A stretch of DNA of 64,000 nucleotides from Paragordius varius (taxonomy: Eukaryota; Animalia; Nematomorpha). The notes beneath the pieces are model-generated. The model did not search any database. It was not told where the DNA came from and saw only the letters and a program-made list of their open reading frames with translations. Every line of letters begins with the position of its first letter. Positions within the stretch are counted from its first letter, which is position 1. The position numbers and the translations under genes were made by a program. The DNA is taken from positions 9,052,001-9,116,000 of the forward strand of contig OZ176051.1 in NCBI GenBank assembly GCA_964247055.1. Reading direction: 5' to 3'. Shown here piece by piece: positions 12,395 to 24,800 of this stretch.

Positions 12395-14040
12395 GATAGG
12401 TTTTTTCGAAGGGTTTCAAAAGTTGATGACCTTATTCTCCTCTTTGGTCACTAATTGCATCTTTTGGAAAAAAACATAGATGGGAATCCACCATATGGAG
12501 CTTTAGACTCATGCGGCATCCTATAGGATAAAAATTAATATAAATGTTTAAAAAACAAATGTATTATAATATACATACCTATACTATATAAAGAATCGAT
12601 TAAACGAGTGCCTAATTCCACGTATTTGTTATTTTTTGTATTTCCCAAAAAATTTTGAGAAAATGTTCGCAATGCAACTATGCCGCTTTTTCTTTGGGTT
12701 GCATTTTAGATTCAAATGCCACATCATTGAAAAGATTCGTAACCTAAAATTAAATGTATATACCTGCGGCCCTATCAAAACTGCGGCGTTAATTTTGGCA
12801 GGCGTCATCCTGAACTTCCTGAAGTAATGGGCCCAAGCTTCGCCATTTTTATCAAGACTGCACAAAAATGTTTTGGCCAATCCAAGCAGCGTGTGCAATG
12901 GCGGCCAAACGAATTTGTTAGCCGATATTAATGGAGAATATATCTGATTCTTGGGCCCGACTTCATAAGTTCTTACGGGCCAATTTTTTGTGTGTAGTGT
13001 TTCTCGGTGTCACGCGAGACCCACTCACACAAAGGGCAAAAAAATTTGGGAAATCCTTTCTGTATACCGTCGAGCAGTCCCATGACCTATTAAAATATTA
13101 GAATTTTAAGAACTTTATAATCCCCTGTTACATGCCAATAATGATAGTTGTATCGCAGTAGTTCCTAAATGTTTTGAAAAATATCATAAGCCTCCATATA
13201 AACTCGGCTGGATGCGATTAATATTGGCCTGTGCTCTCCGGCACGGTCCAATAAAAATGCCTTCAAAACTTTCCTAAAGATGTAAAATATTATATACCAG
13301 AGAAGCGTCTAGAAATAATACCCATTGTGATGAATCATATGGATAATTCATTTCCTTCATTAAGCCAATCACATCATGACACCAAGATAAATAACTGTTT
13401 TCGGAAAAATATTTTCGGTATATTCCTCTATTCCGAAGACTAGTTATGTTGATGTCAGTTAAATTCTTTCGATTAAGAGTCCTCACCATAAGTTCGGACG
13501 ACCTAATATAATAATATATTGAAAAAATGTTTGGCTTATTCAAAGATAAATACAAAATTCGCATTTCAGCTTAAGTAAATTAAAATAAATTATAAAATGC
13601 GTAAATCTATTATTTTTTCTAAAAATACCGTTTTGAGAGATGCAATTTTTTGATTAGGGATATCACCTCAGTGCCACTTAATTTATTAGTGTCCTTTATA
13701 TCTTGATGATAAAATTCCAAATCAGTATCATCCATCATATCAAATAAATCGATATGAATGGTTGGAGATGAAGGTACGGGAAGGTCAATGGAATGATAAA
13801 CAGGACGAATTGCACAGGAAAAGTTTGGATATTCGATAGGTTTTTTGTTTTTTTTTGGTAATGTTAATAAGAAATGGTTTTGGAACTGCACAAAAGTAAC
13901 ATTCATAATAAGATTTTGGCTCTCGCCATATCATAGGGATACCACAAGGGAGTCCAGGTCCGGTTTTGTGGTACCATGCTCCTAAACTAATGCTACATGT
14001 CCGAGATACGGTGTTCGGGGCCCAAATCTAGGTTCGCCAT
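12395..14040 (-). pseudogene. Chapaev3/CMC transposase pseudogene with spliceosomal introns
   Basis: Motifs in order: PMIWREPKSYYECYFC; IEYPNFSCAIRPVYHSIDLPVP; WCHDVIGLM; WVLFLDAS; WHVTGDYKV; FCPLCEWVSRD (CxxC); PPLHTLLGLAKTF; GPQV; FFGKYK; GCRMSLKLHMVDSHL (H-x4-H); SDQRGE*GHQ. GT-AG introns at ~13503-13627 and ~12524-12580. Stops and frameshifts present. Confidence 0.85.
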
Positions 14041-14824
14041 AATATAAAAAAATAGTTTTTTATGTAAGTGGTAATGTTTATAGTATTAGTTTTTTTGTGT
14101 ATTGTCCACATATATGGCAAACAATATTTTTATCCATCCTAAAATTATAAATATATATATACTTGGGTAGTATTTATATTTTTTGTACATTTTGGGTATA
14201 TAATAATGTTTCTTGATGAAAAAACTGATATGGAGTATATCTAAGTGTGGGAAAATTTAAAAATATCATATGAAATAAAGAATATAATATATGCAGCTGA
14301 GTAAAATTTAGCTTTTTTTACATAAAAAAAACAGCAAAAAAGATGTAAAAATTAAATTTATTTTTTAAAATAAAAGTCCACAAAGCTATTACAAAGTGAT
14401 ATTTATACTTAAACAAACATCATTAACATCCAAGAACATATAATAAAGTTTGTTTTGATTTAATAAATTGATAAAAAATATTTGTGTGAAAAAATGTTAA
14501 GTTACCCAATTTTTGAGGGTTTTTGCCCCCTAAAACAAAAAGTATTGGATATTTTGAGTAATTTTTTTTTTATTTTGAAGATAAATTGGTAATTTTTTGT
14601 AAAAATACTTATGTAAGCCACATAATATTTGTTTACATAACAAAAATATTTACAAACAAGAAAATTTTGGATATGTCCAAATATGGAAAAAGTCCCATAT
14701 CTCGAAAACGAGCTGGGTAAGTAAAAAAAATTTTCACGCAAATCTGATCACAATACTATAAGGAATCAGAAAATATTTAGAAAATTGAGTCCAGAAAATT
14801 GACCCCATATTTTGTTGCACAGTG

Positions 14825-15411
14825 TAATTCATTGCATATCAAACAAAGAGGTTGTTCATTATTACCATTACAATTTAGAAATGTGAAGCCAAATTGAAGA
14901 AAAGACTCATCATATTTTCTTTTTCGCACATTAGATGTAATACTTTGTCCTGACTGAGAAGAATTTGTTGGATTTATATCTGCGTCATTACAATTCTTAT
15001 TTAACAGCTATTTATCCATGGGCAAAAATTATTTTTATCCTAAAATACAATAAATATATAAAAATAACATATTGCAGGGTATATGATTATTAATCACCGA
15101 ATAAAAAAAAACTAAAATTTTGTTACAAGGGCATTGACAAATTAAAACTAGAAGAGCAAATATAATTTTTTTTTCACAAAAGACGTTCCCAAAGACAATC
15201 TTTTCTTCAATCTTCATTAAACATTTAAATAGCTATGTTCGGAAGAGAAATGCTGGTATAAACAATTTTTCGGAACCAGATGATATATATATACGATAAT
15301 TGTTATTTTTTTATAACAATAATATTACAAGTTAAAAAACATTTTGTTAAATTGTATTTTTATCACTCGCGACCCCAAATGGGGTCGCGACCCATAGTTA
15401 AAGAACCCCTG
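14825..15411 (-). mobile_element. 5' part of a hAT Buster/Charlie element, truncated by the Chapaev element
   Basis: Terminus CAGGGGTTCTTTAAC (reverse complement of 15397-15411) with subterminal palindrome cgcgaccccaaatggggtcgcg, next to target ttctagag (Buster-type nTCTAGAn). ORF start MDK*LL...RKRKYDESFLQFGFTF...EQPLCLICNEL (15020 down to 14825). Confidence 0.8.
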
Positions 15412-16103
15412 TTCTAGAGCATTTGCTCTAACCAAAAAAATCGTTAGTCCGAATAAGTATTCTTTGAAAGGACCGTGTACACTAAAAACTGGTTAATAGA
15501 TATTGAAAATATATAAATTTTAAAATTTAACATTAATAATTTTCGGCCATACAGATGCACTTTAAAGGTCGCATTTAGCCCCAATTTAAGCAAAATATTG
15601 GTGTAATATATTTTTTAGTACTCAAGATAAATAAACATTAAAATCATTTAAAATTATTTTTAAAACACTTTTAAAAAATACATTGATGATTTAAACCAAT
15701 TTTATTACAGAATTCGACCTTTACATTTTTTAATTAAATAATACCTTTTATCCCAGATTCGAGGTGATATGAATCATCATCATATAAACAATTTTTAATA
15801 ATTGCAATTATCAATATGCTTTTGATTTTTATTCAAGAAAATAATTTCCTTTTTCCCGATGAAGTCCTTTTATCGCCATAATTACTTAAAAAACCCTAAT
15901 TTTTTATTTTAGTACAACAACATTATATTATAATTTTTATTTATGGACTTAAAAAGTTTTACATATTTGGACCCGTTTCAAATGGGATTTCTTTATATTC
16001 AAAGTAAAAATAAATATAAAAATTGCGCGAAACGGTTAATATATGTTTCTCTAAGTCAAAAATTCCAAGTCATCGGGAAATTTTATGGAAATGTATTTCA
16101 TAT

Positions 16104-16314
16104 TATACCATTTACACTTCAAATTCACCCTTGACAACTAAAATTCACTCTTGAATTTTTCAATTACCCTCGAATTCACCCTAACATAAATTATGTGTTT
16201 TTTAAGATTAATAATTTCCTATAATTTAATATATTTTTTAAAAAAATATTGTTTAAAATTGTTCGAGGGTGAATTTAAATTGTTCAAGGGTGAATTTGAA
16301 TTGTAAATGGTATA
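16104..16314. mobile_element. Small palindromic MITE, copy 1
   Basis: TIR tataccatttaca...tgtaaatggtata with internal ttcaccc/gggtgaa subterminal repeats. A second copy lies at ~31223-31513. Confidence 0.75.
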
Positions 16315-18828
16315 TTTTAATCATGACGAACGGACTTTGACTTTGCTCAAACTGGGGTACCGGTCATATTTTTAAACGACAACGGGAGTCTCCAATAATT
16401 TATATTTCCGTCGTAATATAAAAGCATAAATAGAATATTTAGATTAATTTGATTGAAGTGAAAAGGTTAATATCTAAATATTATGTGGTCATATTAAAAC
16501 ATTTAAAATAATGTTTTATTTTTTAGATCCAACGGCCAAAATTTAAGTCAGTCATTAATTGCATTGAACAATAAAAATCCCAAAATATATAAAAAATGGA
16601 TATATTATTTTATTTTAACTTATGACCTTTATAGGCTGTCATATTTGCTCTTTTGGTTAAAGTTAAAATATAACTTATTCTATATTGGATCTTTTATTGC
16701 TATACAAATACAAACTTCAAACCATCAAATATTAAATATTAATACAAAAAAATTATGATATCCGAGTTGATTGCAATATCAATCGAAAATTAGGAAACCT
16801 AAAATTTAAATTTAAAGCATTACAATAATTTTCAAATTTTTTTCATTGGGCCAATGAAAAATGAATATCAATTCAAATATGGTTAATTCAGTAACATTGC
16901 GATTATCCTAATCGTCGCCAACAAAATTTAAAACAATACGTTTAAATCATACCTGTTATAAAAATGCTAAAACTTTGTAATCAAAATTTCTATACATTGA
17001 TCTACAATCACATTATACTGATTAATATCTTTAATAACACAATGTAAAACACAATTTACAACTAAAATGCACAAATTTATATGTTTGTATATGTATCTTT
17101 CTGGATTAATGTGTTATACCCTACTAAATAGTAAACTAATTCCAAAACTCAGATCTTTTAAAGATGAATTTGATTTTTATATCCAAATTTCAATTATCCT
17201 ATATTATCTTAGGGATGTTTTAGAGTAAATATATGATTATCGAAACTGAGCCTCCAATATTATACATATTTTAGATAAAAGTCATTAAAACTGTGTAACT
17301 TAGATTGTAAAAACCGGTTCCGTTTTAAGGAATACACCAGTTTCATTCCTCTTCAATTAACTAACGCTTTAAATAATGTTCACTTATTCTAAAAATTTTT
17401 ACTCGTAAAATGTAAAATTTTGTTTTTGCTTTTATTGTATAAAGGCAATTTTGTTAAATATATTAACAATCTTCAAACTTATTTTAAATGTTATTTGTTT
17501 AAATTTGTTTGCTTGCGTAGCATCTTTCAAGCTGGCATTAAATATGTCCAATAACCTCTGATACAGGTATTAAAAAAATGAACTTTAAAATAATAACTAA
17601 AATAGAATGCTGTTAACATTAGATATAAAAAATTTTTACGAAGATTAATTACATAATTTTATTGATATGAAACAATGGATTTCTGTAATTACATGCTCTT
17701 TAATCTTTTTCGTAACATTAAAAAGTGCAATGTTTCAGTCAGGTATTAATCATTATTATATATACTCCTCAAATGCATAACTATTATAAATAGTTTTTTC
17801 TTAAAATGGTTGAAGTCTTGAAATAATTATGAACAAAATTGGGCTTTATTAGACAAGTAATTCCAAATCCTTTTCTTAAAAATATAATAATTATTTTTTC
17901 ATCAATTAATATATAGTTTATAATAGCGGTAAACGGAAATCCCTAACGTTTTATATTTAAACAGTGTTTGATTTCAGGGGTGGTAGATATATTGTACTTT
18001 TAGGAGGATTAATTCAGATAATTTTCCCAACCTTTTTTACCATATTCCCAACGGACACAAAATCATCCCACCTGAAGCTATCTTTTTACGTTTTTGTTTT
18101 AATCAGAAAAAAATTTAATTATTAACGGACTCTTTGTATGTAAAGCGTTATAAAAACCATTTCTTTGAATAATTTAACCCCTTTTTAAAATTCAATAGTT
18201 ATAGTGTAACACGTATGTTTTGGGGTTTGGGACCCAAAAAATTTAAATTTGAATATCTTGAAATATATATATATATGGATATTAAAAAAATATATTGATT
18301 TAATCGCTTACAAAAAATTCTTTTACTAATAATTTAATCATTTATATTTGAAATTTATTAATATAAAAAACAATATTAAATAGATATGATTAAAAATAAT
18401 ATATTAATTAAATTATTTCATCAAGGTTTGTTTTTTATCAGTAAATACATTAGTTATTATAATACTAAATTTTTTTTAAGAAAAGTAAAAATTGTAATTT
18501 CAGCGATTTGTGGTTTTTACCCATACGGTGTAATGCCAATTGCCCATAAGTAATGCGAAATGACCAATATTAATGTGCATATTGTATTTATAATGGTAAA
18601 ATTGATTCCGAAAAATCGTTAACAGATTAAGATTTTGTTATTTATTAATATTACAACAAATTTTAGCATAAGATGAAAAAGAGTTTCATAATTCTAATAA
18701 TCATAAGGTGTGTGTTAAATAAAATATTCGGAAATTTCACACTGTGTTATAATTAAATGTAAATTGTTTTGCCTTCGTCTAAAATAGATAGAACACACGT
18801 GAAACAAACAGATGATATTATTTGATAG

Positions 18829-21800
18829 TTATATTATCAAATACATAATGTTATATTTTTATTTTTCAACAACACTTTATTGGATGCCAAAGGTAATTTG
18901 ACCAAATCTCCCAAAAATTGACGGCTATGAGGATTAAATTTTAAAGTTACGTTTTTTATAATTTGCTTAAATTAAGACTTATTTACTAATATCCATCATT
19001 TTAGTGACTTTTATATTTAAAGTGCCAGGTTTGACCTCAAAAGTAAAGAAGGCGTTAATCTTTGTTACAAATTAAATATTTATACATTTAAGATTAATTA
19101 ACGTACCCTACTCAAATCTATTAATTATACATAAAATTTCTTATTTATTCTAATTCAAGGTGAACACACTGAAGTAGTAGCACCTCGCAAAGTTTTAATA
19201 GATCCAGAGGAGATTACCGAACGTATAAATTTAGTTCATATATTTTCTAAAGCGACTAATCTATATTCATTATCGTAATTATATTTATAGATATATGCAG
19301 TCGTTCAGAATGGGGAGTATGGGAATTATATGAACCAATGAACTTAACAGAGTATATTTTATTTGTTGCATATACTGATGGGAAAGGGTTTTGATATACT
19401 TTAAACACTTTTCAGAGGATAACGACAATTTAGGGTATTTAACAAATTTTAATATGAATAGCTTTAACTCCCAAAACCCAGCCCTTTTTGTTGTTTGTTT
19501 TGTTTAAAAAACGAAAGAACTTGCTAAAGCAGCTTGGAAAGCTAACGTAAACTTATTAAATGTTAAGAAATCTTGATAAATTATATATTTTCTGAGAAGA
19601 ATTAGAATTATGATGATATTGGTTACAATTCTTACGAGTAATATAAAACCAGTAAGTTAACTCCAAATCAAAAAATCGCAAAATTAGCGCATATAAGGGT
19701 GAAAGCCATATGCTTTATCTCAAAAAATATTATTAAAAAACATGATATATCCAAAGATCAAAATATTTCTATAATTTATTTTTATATGTCGCCTCGAATC
19801 TAATATTTTACCCATCTAATGAACTACTTTTCTTAAGCTAGGCGGGATAAAATTGATTTTGCATAACCTTGCTTCTATATGATTTGATTAGTAAAATTAT
19901 TAGATAATGTATAGCATGCATCGAATAAAATTTCAACTTTTTCATTGAGTGTATTCCATGCAATTATTTTAAATTAATACAAGATATATTTAGAGCTTTT
20001 ACTTATTGAAATTTAGTAGGAACATATCAAACTTATGTTTGGTATTTTTAATATTTCTCTCTTTTAATAGGAGATTTTTGGATGAATTCTTAGACAATGT
20101 CATTCTTCAGAAATTCTATGCCAGGTACCATATGGCCATTTTCAATCACCATCGCAAGATTCATCGTGTAGGAGGGACCTATCATTACGCCATAAGTTCA
20201 AGAAATTATCATGATATGCAACTTCTTATACAAGTCTTTAATGCTAGCGTAATTCTTTCGTTTACGATAAATATATTGTAAAATCCGGAGTAACTGATGT
20301 TGACAATTTTAATAATAATTTTGTTAGCTATGAAGGCTAGAGCTTTATTTAAAATTACAGAAAATCGGATGAAATGGGTCAAACTGAATAATGCGCAATT
20401 ATAATTTTAGGGATTAAAAGATACACAAATAGAGGCGATGGACTTTTCCAGTAAAAACTACAAAAATCAACTCATTTAGATCCTATTATAAAAAAATTAT
20501 AGCTAATAATAATACATTTACATTTAATTATTTGGGTCAGTCGTGGATTATAACAAATACAATTATTTGTTGTTTCAAGTTAAGCATCCGCCCTTAATTA
20601 TAATTAAATAAAAAATTTTGATATAAACCTATAAAAATGGTAGAATGTATAATTTTGGATTAAATTGCTTTACGACATTCAAAAAGTTCTGGTAGCTTTG
20701 TTAGAAACACTCAAAAGAATCGTAAATCATCGCACATTATGATAAATAAACTTATTTATAATTCCAATTGTTGTGAAATTAAATTATTGTTTACACGAGG
20801 TATGAAATGCTTAAAATTAAACAATGCAATTTGACGAAGCGCATTTTATGAAAATTTAAAACAACTAAAATAATATTCAAAAATATATAACATTTTTCTA
20901 CGTATAATTATAATAACTAACCTATAGAAAATTTAATATTGCCAAAAGTTTCATTTAAACATAAAATGCACATAACTTAGAACTTAGTGATTTTCGATAT
21001 TAAGTAGTTGCCTTAATTAATAAAGCTTAACCAATATTATGTGTAAATTCGAAGGTATTTTATCTAGTTTATAAATATATACTTAATAAAGATAATATTT
21101 TTTTCAATTATTTAGGGGTCAATATGGGATGAAAATGTCAAAAATATTATTTTATTGTGCCATTTTAAAAAATGACATTTTTATCAAAAGAACTCCCCTA
21201 TTATTTCAGTAAATTACTCACCGAATAGAATAAAAGCGTTTGAAAATATCAATCGGTGTTAATTAATATAGAAATTAATTGAAGTTTTTACAATTTCTTA
21301 GCAAGTAATTTTATTTGGGTTTATTTAAATAAAGACATCTTGACTAAATTTGATAAAATTATTATAATGCCGGAAATTCCCCTTTTTAACACTGAAATCG
21401 AAATGTGTGTCAAGATTTTATTTATAAATATAAGGAAGTTAAATTTAATATTTTTATTAAAGAAAACCCTAACTTTTGGCGGCAGTTTTGAATAGTATAT
21501 ACTTTTATTATAAATGAATTTCATTTTTACGTTATTAAAGATATTGGTAATTAGATTAAATATTTTTTTCATTTAAATTTACTTTAAAATATTTGATTGA
21601 TTGGGAAAGCCTTCAAATTGATAATATGGCTGAACGATTAAAATCGATTTAAATTAAGGAAATCAGTATTCCATTAAAATTAAATTTTGGTTTGCTTAGT
21701 TCTATATAGATGTTCAACCACTTGTGACACCAATCATTAGGATATGTGGTCATGATGATGATAGCCTTGGTGTTACGTATGGAGATGACGCACTTAATAG

Positions 21801-24800
21801 ACATATTGAATTTTGTTACGATTTTCCTCGCTTCCAACTGTTATACAATATAAAGACTCTGCAAAAAGTGAATATTTAAATACAGTGTAAAAAATCGGCG
21901 ATTATTGTGATAATTAAGGATATCATAATTAGAAATTTTATGGTTCTTTTGATTTTGGGGCTTACTTGTTAAAATGCTTCACCAAATTATAGAAGTTGTC
22001 ATTAAAGGGCACATTATTTAAACTTAAATGGTAAAAGCTAAAGCTTGAAACCAAGTAAGTTTTTTTTTATAACTACACTAGGGGTGCCTGCTGAGTGTGG
22101 CAATTTAGCTGATATAAGTAATTTGATATTATATATTTTTCTGCCAGAGAAAGCGTTAGTCACAATGATTTTTATGTTTGAATGCGTAACATAGGGTGTG
22201 GTCCTAAACCATGTCCTATTTGAAAAAAGTTCTTGAATATTAGAAAACGGCAAACATTACATTGGGATTCAATAGTTTTTCGAACAATGCTAATAGTAAA
22301 GTATAACAAAAGGTTGGGCCCTTCCCAGTGGTACTAAGCTTAATTATTGCCCTTTAGACCAGAAAATTTTTTATTGTCTTCTGAGTTGGAAATTGTTTTA
22401 GAATCACCACTTTATATCCATATAATAGTGCATTACAGAGTTAGATCTACCCAATGTAAATTTCTCTACAAGAAATATAAACATGATAATAAATTGTTCC
22501 TTAGCGATAGCAAAGCTTAATGGCCAGGTTATCTTTATATGGTGACGCGTTTAAATATGGTGGGACCCTACCTACGGGTTAATATAAAACAGATACTCAC
22601 TTGAATGTTTGTCCTTAAGACACATATACTAATATTAAATTTAAGTGGCTATAAAGCTCAAGCAAAAAATCGCTTTAAAGCCATTTTAATATCTGATTGA
22701 AATTTATCTTTCAGAGAATGGAGTTTTAACCAGCAGCTTATAAAAAAGCGCTTAGCTATATCTTTTATTTTTTCCGAAAATTTGCAAAACCACACTATTA
22801 ATTTCACGTGTCCATAATTACCACGATTAGTAGATTATCGGGACGATGTGCTAAACTTTGAACAATTATAACTAACCATCCCTATAATGAAAAATAAGCA
22901 CCCGTAAAATATTTTTTGCATATTAATCAAGTAATTATTTTTTTAATTTAAAGACAAATTCAGATTATAACAAAGTAGTATCATACACAATATAAAAGTA
23001 AATATCTTAGAGCAGCGCTATTTTAATTAGTCACTGGGTAAAACATCGAACAATTAAAAATAACGTGGCATGATAAGATTTTTGCGAAAGAATTTGAGAC
23101 TATATGATTTCAATATCCGTTTAAAAAGATAGTGAGGAGCTTATATTTTACTCTGCTAAATACTTACAAAAAAACGCCTGGTTCTAAAGCAACAAACCCA
23201 TATGATATGGATTCAATACTAATTAAATTATTTTCGATTAAAAGACAAAACATAAGCTTTTTATAAATTAGTTTGTGTTAAAAACTGCAATTTATGTTAA
23301 ACGCCCTTAAGAAATTGTGTCTGTGGCTAATTTTTTTCAGTTTCAATTATTTGTTGTTGTTGTTGCTAAGGACGATTCCGATTACTGGAACATTGAAAAT
23401 ATAGCTTCTCCATTCTTTACGAATACTGGATCTAACGTTTTGTTCGGATAGTGATTGGTTGGTTTCTTTGAGGATGTTATCCATCCAACGAGTTCGTCTT
23501 CTACCTCTTTTACGAGCTCCACTCACTTTTCCCAGCATCAGTGACTTTTCAAGTGAGTTAGCTCTCATATGGTGGCTAACAAAAGAGAGTTTTTGCCGTA
23601 TTAAGCTGCCTAGAAGTGACATTTCCGGGTTAATTTTATTTAAAAAAGTGGTTAAATACCAAAATCAGATTAATCAAGGCTACAGTTCTCCCCAAATTCC
23701 TGTATGGGGGGAACGCTGGGCACTGAAAAAATATGACGAACGGCTAATAAATTCTTTCGAATTATGGGTTTGGATAAAACTTCTCCAAATAATATGGACA
23801 GACAAATTTCAATTATTTATCGATTAATAATATTATTGTCAAACTCCACGGTTTATAGATGGCAAATAAATACAAATAACGGATATCTTATAAAGGAGAT
23901 TAGATTCTCTTAATATAAGAATATAATTATTTTAATACTTACGGTTGTTTTACATATTAAGCAAATATAATTTATATTACTTTCTTATTTACCGAATCAC
24001 CTTGAATAATTTAATTGTAATTCAGAGTTTAATTATATGCTTTACATTGTGCAAAAAAGAGGGTCATTTTGATTTAACGAAAAATTTTTTTTCCTGAGAT
24101 AGCTTATAACCAGCTAATTCGTTTCCCGAAATTTTTGTTTGTTAACAACCTAGTTCGAAATATTCAAAGAAAATCAAAATTAGGCAAAAAGTGAAAATTA
24201 GGGTTGTGCATTTGACTGCTTTTTCAAAAAAGTCCGATCAGACCATGGTCATGACCACGGTCATGACCACTTTACCTAAGTAAATACCATGCGATATTGG
24301 ATTATGAAATTACTTCTGAATATTCAAATACCTCGCTTTTAATACTGGATATTTCTAATAAAATTATTCCTGTTTCTTTTACACTTTCTTTGATCATTGA
24401 AATATCCAATTATAAAATGTTTTTTCATTTTATTAGTTCACATATATGAAATAATTGAATATTTTATAAAAAGTTGGATTGTTTTCCTTTTCGAAATAAC
24501 TGGATATGCTATGCTAATGTTTTAAGGATGCATGTTTAACATTTTAAATTTTTAAATAAGCAAATTTAAATATTTATATATTTTTTTTATAATATATTAA
24601 AAAATAACTTACTATTTTACTTCCAAAAAAAATTACCAGCAATTTTTCAAAAAACAGCTGAAATGACCATGGTCAAAAAATAAATAGTCACTGACCTGGT
24701 CATGACCCGGTCAATTGACCGGGTCATGACTTGGTCAGTACAACCCTAGTGAAAATTATGATAATTAAGGATAATTCAAAAATAATGATAAAAGTTGAGA

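Larger units (their letters stand above)
9159..14824 (-). mobile_element. Chapaev3-like (CMC superfamily) DNA transposon, ~5.7 kb with ~560-bp terminal inverted repeats
   Basis: Termini CACTGTG (9159) and CACAGTG (ends 14824). 9159-~9720 is the reverse complement of ~14250-14824, which is why ORFs 9231 and 14502 encode near-identical peptides. Internal CMC-type transposase remnant. Flanks are ata (left) and taa (right), so no perfect TSD. Confidence 0.8.

Noticed and set aside
17940-18125. Hydrophobic peptide GGRYIVLLGGLIQIIFPTFF
   Set aside because: Isolated, ends in a stop, and no phase-linked partner exons were found.
19291-19580. Peptidoglycan-recognition protein (PGRP) resemblance: ICSRSEWG...YILFVAYTDGKG
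   Set aside because: The read-through has stops and lacks the DIGYNF/YEGRG core. The segment fits better as an exon of the candidate orphan gene. An HMM search against Amidase_2 would settle it.
20085-20200. Minus-strand NLAMVIENGHMVP resembling a serine carboxypeptidase C-terminus
   Set aside because: Short, lacks upstream support, and overlaps a better plus-strand exon candidate.
23459-23827. 122-aa plus-strand ORF as a gene
   Set aside because: It is a chimeric reading across the inversion junction of the RTE insertion.
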